Below, in pieces: positions 48,473 through 51,274 of a stretch of 51,274 bases of DNA. Source of the stretch: Pseudomonadota bacterium (GTDB lineage: Bacteria > Pseudomonadota > Gammaproteobacteria > Methylococcales > Methylomonadaceae); assembly GCA_041169045.1 (NCBI GenBank), contig JBEEJU010000154.1, positions 1 through 51,274 on the forward strand, in the 5' to 3' direction. The position numbers and the translations under genes were made by a program. The notes beneath the pieces were generated by a model, which was not told the DNA's origin, made no database searches, and was given only the letters and a program-made list of their open reading frames with translations. Within the stretch, counting starts at the first letter, position 1; each line of letters starts with the position of its first letter.

Positions 48473-49783
48473 TTAGCTCAAAGTTTCTAAACGAATTTTA
48501 CACACTGTGGTTAAAATAGAGGGTAGGTTTTCAATTTGCGAAATCGCTGCATTCATTTCTTGTTCTAAAGTTTGTTGGGTCAACATAATAATTGGCACTG
48601 AAGTTTCCCCTTTTAACGGTTCTTTTTGGATAATCGCTTCAATACTAATTTGATAATCGGCTAAAATTTTAGTCACGTCCGCTAAAACTCCGGGTTTATC
48701 TTCAGCCGTTAAACGTAAATAATAAGCCGTTTTAATTTGCGTCGCGGATAATACCGGAATATTGGCAATTGAATTCGCTTGGAAAGCCAAATGTGGCACT
48801 CGATGTTCTGGATCAGCGGTCAAAGCACGAACTACGTCCACAATATCTGCAACCACCGCAGAAGCAGTAGGTTCAGCCCCCGCCCCCGCTCCATAATACA
48901 AGCTCGCCCCAACCGCGTCTCCTTTAATTAACACCGCATTCATTACGCCATCAACATTCGCAATTAACCGACGATGGGGAATCAGGGTTGGATGAACCCG
49001 TAATTCAATGCCGCTCTGCGTCTTTCGTGCAATGCCTAAATGTTTGATTCTATAACCTAAAGCTTCCGCATAACTTACGTCGGCACGAGTGATTTGCGTA
49101 ATGCCTTCGGTATAAACTTTGTCAAATTGTAATGGAATGCCAAAAGCAATTGCCGCCAAAATGGTTAATTTATGCGCAGCATCTATGCCTTCTACATCAA
49201 ACGTAGGATCAGCTTCGGCATAACCTAAGGCTTGAGCTTCGGCTAAAACATCGGCGAAATCTCGACCTTTATCACGCATTTCCGTCAAAATAAAATTACC
49301 CGTGCCATTGATAATACCGGCTAACCATTGAATTCGATTGCCACTTAAACCTTCACGAATCGCTTTGATAATCGGGATTCCCCCTGCAACCGCTGCTTCA
49401 AAAGCCACAATTACGCCTTGTTCACTGGCTTTGGCAAAAATTTCATTTCCGTGTAATGCAATCAATGCCTTATTCGCCGTCACTACATGTTTTTTCGCGG
49501 CAATCGCGGCTAACACCAATTCTTTAGCGGTGCTGATTCCTCCCATCAATTCTAAAATAATGTCAATTTCAGGATCATTGATCAAATCAAAACCGTTTTC
49601 AGTCAAACTGATACCGGTTAAATCACAGATTCGACTTCGGGTTAAAGTTCGTGCTGAAGCGCGAGTAATGATAATTTCCCGTCCTGCTCGTCTAGCGATT
49701 TCTTCGGCATTGCGTTTTAACACATTAACAGTCCCGCCGCCGACAGTACCTAAGCCTAACACCCCTACTTTTACTGGTTTCAA
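48473..49783 (-). CDS. hom: Homoserine dehydrogenase
   Basis: KPVKVGVLGLGTVGGG NAD-binding N-terminus and a C-terminal ACT domain. I prefer the TTG start at 49783, which has a GAGGAG RBS 6 nt upstream. The ORF track starts at TTG 49801. Confidence 0.9.
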   Translation of the reverse strand: MKPVKVGVLGLGTVGGGTVNVLKRNAEEIARRAGREIIITRASARTLTRSRICDLTGISLTENGFDLINDPEIDIILELMGGISTAKELVLAAIAAKKHVVTANKALIALHGNEIFAKASEQGVIVAFEAAVAGGIPIIKAIREGLSGNRIQWLAGIINGTGNFILTEMRDKGRDFADVLAEAQALGYAEADPTFDVEGIDAAHKLTILAAIAFGIPLQFDKVYTEGITQITRADVSYAEALGYRIKHLGIARKTQSGIELRVHPTLIPHRRLIANVDGVMNAVLIKGDAVGASLYYGAGAGAEPTASAVVADIVDVVRALTADPEHRVPHLAFQANSIANIPVLSATQIKTAYYLRLTAEDKPGVLADVTKILADYQISIEAIIQKEPLKGETSVPIIMLTQQTLEQEMNAAISQIENLPSILTTVCKIRLETLS

Positions 49784-49962
49784 GCTAAACTCCTCAAACA
49801 ATTAGCAATAGTTACAAAGTTTCATAGTAAATCATTGGCAATCAGGTAAGCTATCAAAATTTAATTAGCCTAGAAAAAAGCGATTAATTTTTTTTAAATT
49901 CATAAATCAAATCAGCATATCTCAGAAAAATAGCTAAAGCTGATTATTTTTAATTCGTAAGC

Positions 49963-50586
49963 CTATTTATAGGCAAATTGCCAAATTTGTTTTTGCTGTA
50001 ATTGATAGCGTATTAATCCCTGTTTAACGGTATCAATGACCGCGCGTGAAGTAATCGTTGCCCCGCTTAATTGATCAAATTGTCCTTGTTGCCGTTTAAC
50101 GGTCCATTGAAAAATCGGCGGTGATAATAATGATCGCTGATTAAATTGTAAAATCCATAATGATTTTGATAATTCAATCTTATCACCTAACCCTGGCGTT
50201 TCACGATGTTTAACCACTCTAACACCAATTAATTCACCATTATATTTAATCGCAATTAATAATTCAATTTCACCATTATATCCAGCCATAGTTGTGATTG
50301 GCATAATTACTGCAACCGGTTTTTGCTGATGATAAATGCGATAATATAATTGTAATAATTTTGAATCATATAATGGAATAGATACACGGTGTTTTAATAA
50401 ATTATTATCATAAACAGTATTGGTTAATAATTGTTGTAATAAGGCTAAACGCGCGGCTTGCTGATTCGCTAGAATTGTTTTTTGCGTTAAATGAAAAACT
50501 CCCGTTACCAATCCCAAGCCAATCATAGATAATCCGCCTAAAATCAAAGCTGCTTTTAAGGGCGATTGTGTTAATTGAGTCGTCAT
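49963..50586 (-). CDS. rnfG: Rnf/Rsx electron transport complex subunit G
   Basis: N-terminal TM segment and the FMN-binding motif SGATITSRAV. Overlaps the rnfD stop (ATGA-type coupling). Confidence 0.85.
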   Translation of the reverse strand: MTTQLTQSPLKAALILGGLSMIGLGLVTGVFHLTQKTILANQQAARLALLQQLLTNTVYDNNLLKHRVSIPLYDSKLLQLYYRIYHQQKPVAVIMPITTMAGYNGEIELLIAIKYNGELIGVRVVKHRETPGLGDKIELSKSLWILQFNQRSLLSPPIFQWTVKRQQGQFDQLSGATITSRAVIDTVKQGLIRYQLQQKQIWQFAYK

Positions 50587-51274
50587 ATTTTTTTAAGTTG
50601 AGTATAACGATCAATCGTAGGAACGGTGATATTAGCCAATAAAATGGCAAAAGCTAATCCGTCTGCATAATGACTATGATTACGAATTGTTGCAGCTAAA
50701 ATACCGATTAAAATTGCATAAATCCATCGTCCATATGAACTGGTTGCAGCAGTCACCGGATCAGTGGCAATAAAAAATGCGGTTAAGGTAGTTGATGGAT
50801 AAATGAATTGTGACCAAGGCGATAAATGAATGTTAGCATTTAGCGACCATTCTATAAAAGTATAAATGAATAAACTCAATAAAAATCCGCAACTAATTTG
50901 CCAAGCAATTAATTTCCTCCATAATAAAAATAATCCACCTATGAGATAGGCAATAGCTAATCCCTGAAAACGATCAAATTCGTTATCAAAGATAATTGCT
51001 TGAGGATTTTGCAGCAATTGTAAATGAAATTGCGTTTTAAAATGATCTAATGGAGTTGCCGCACTAATTCCCTCAAAATTGATGAAAGAAGGATAAAATA
51101 TAGTTGAAAAGGGTTGTGAAATATTTTGCGAATTCATTATCCATCCTTGACTCATCCATTGTGGAAAAGAAATCAAGGCAAAAATATATCCAGCCATTGC
51201 CGGATTAAAAATATTATAACCTAATCCACCGTATATTTGTTTGACAATAATGATTGCAAAAATGGTGCTTTCAA
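50583..51274 (-). CDS. rnfD: Rnf/Rsx electron transport complex subunit D (partial; N-terminus lies beyond the window end)
   Basis: The frame stays open to the window edge (...KQIYGGLGYNIFNPAMAGYIF...). ATDPVTAATS and the C-terminal IDRYT are RnfD-like. Confidence 0.85.
   Translation of the reverse strand, partial: ESTIFAIIIVKQIYGGLGYNIFNPAMAGYIFALISFPQWMSQGWIMNSQNISQPFSTIFYPSFINFEGISAATPLDHFKTQFHLQLLQNPQAIIFDNEFDRFQGLAIAYLIGGLFLLWRKLIAWQISCGFLLSLFIYTFIEWSLNANIHLSPWSQFIYPSTTLTAFFIATDPVTAATSSYGRWIYAILIGILAATIRNHSHYADGLAFAILLANITVPTIDRYTQLKKI

Noticed and set aside
49338-49805. 155-aa ORF antisense to hom
   Set aside because: It is fully embedded in the hom coding region. The translation is A/P/I-rich with no recognisable family. 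It is a shadow ORF.

Overview
This is a visibly AT-rich chromosomal segment with gammaproteobacterial-type synteny: pepA-holC divergent from lptF-lptG, tsaE-amiB/C, yciB-yciI-bolA, glnK-amtB, rnfD-rnfG and modABC. About 45 protein genes are supported, and most are housekeeping: argB, ilvE, gmk, fbp, hemL, hom, pepA, rapA, recB and uvrD. I found no rRNA, tRNA or CRISPR array. The non-core content is small and mostly degraded. It comprises two deletion derivatives of an IS1-family element, one decayed IS982-family element and a MITE-like repeat family (3 clear copies, plus possible fragments). It also includes a 45-nt palindromic REP-like element (2 copies, both at convergent gene ends), a KilA-N gene remnant, a YiaA/B-like stub, and a uvrD gene split by a single in-frame TAA. 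I did not find a convincing, self-contained novel multi-gene system such as a defence island. The best candidates for a second look are four. First, an FHA-like protein and a non-RD Ser/Thr kinase, separated by a MITE and an IS982 remnant. Second, a same-strand cluster of propeller-like protein, solitary recB and an orphan PhoQ-like kinase. Third, an orphan FwdA/FhcA-like amidohydrolase next to a Tat-signal cupin. Fourth, the repeat families themselves. All family assignments come from reading the translations and from memory of conserved motifs; no searches or folding were run. The organism guess (a Thiotrichales or large-sulfur-bacterium-like gammaproteobacterium) is low-confidence inference.
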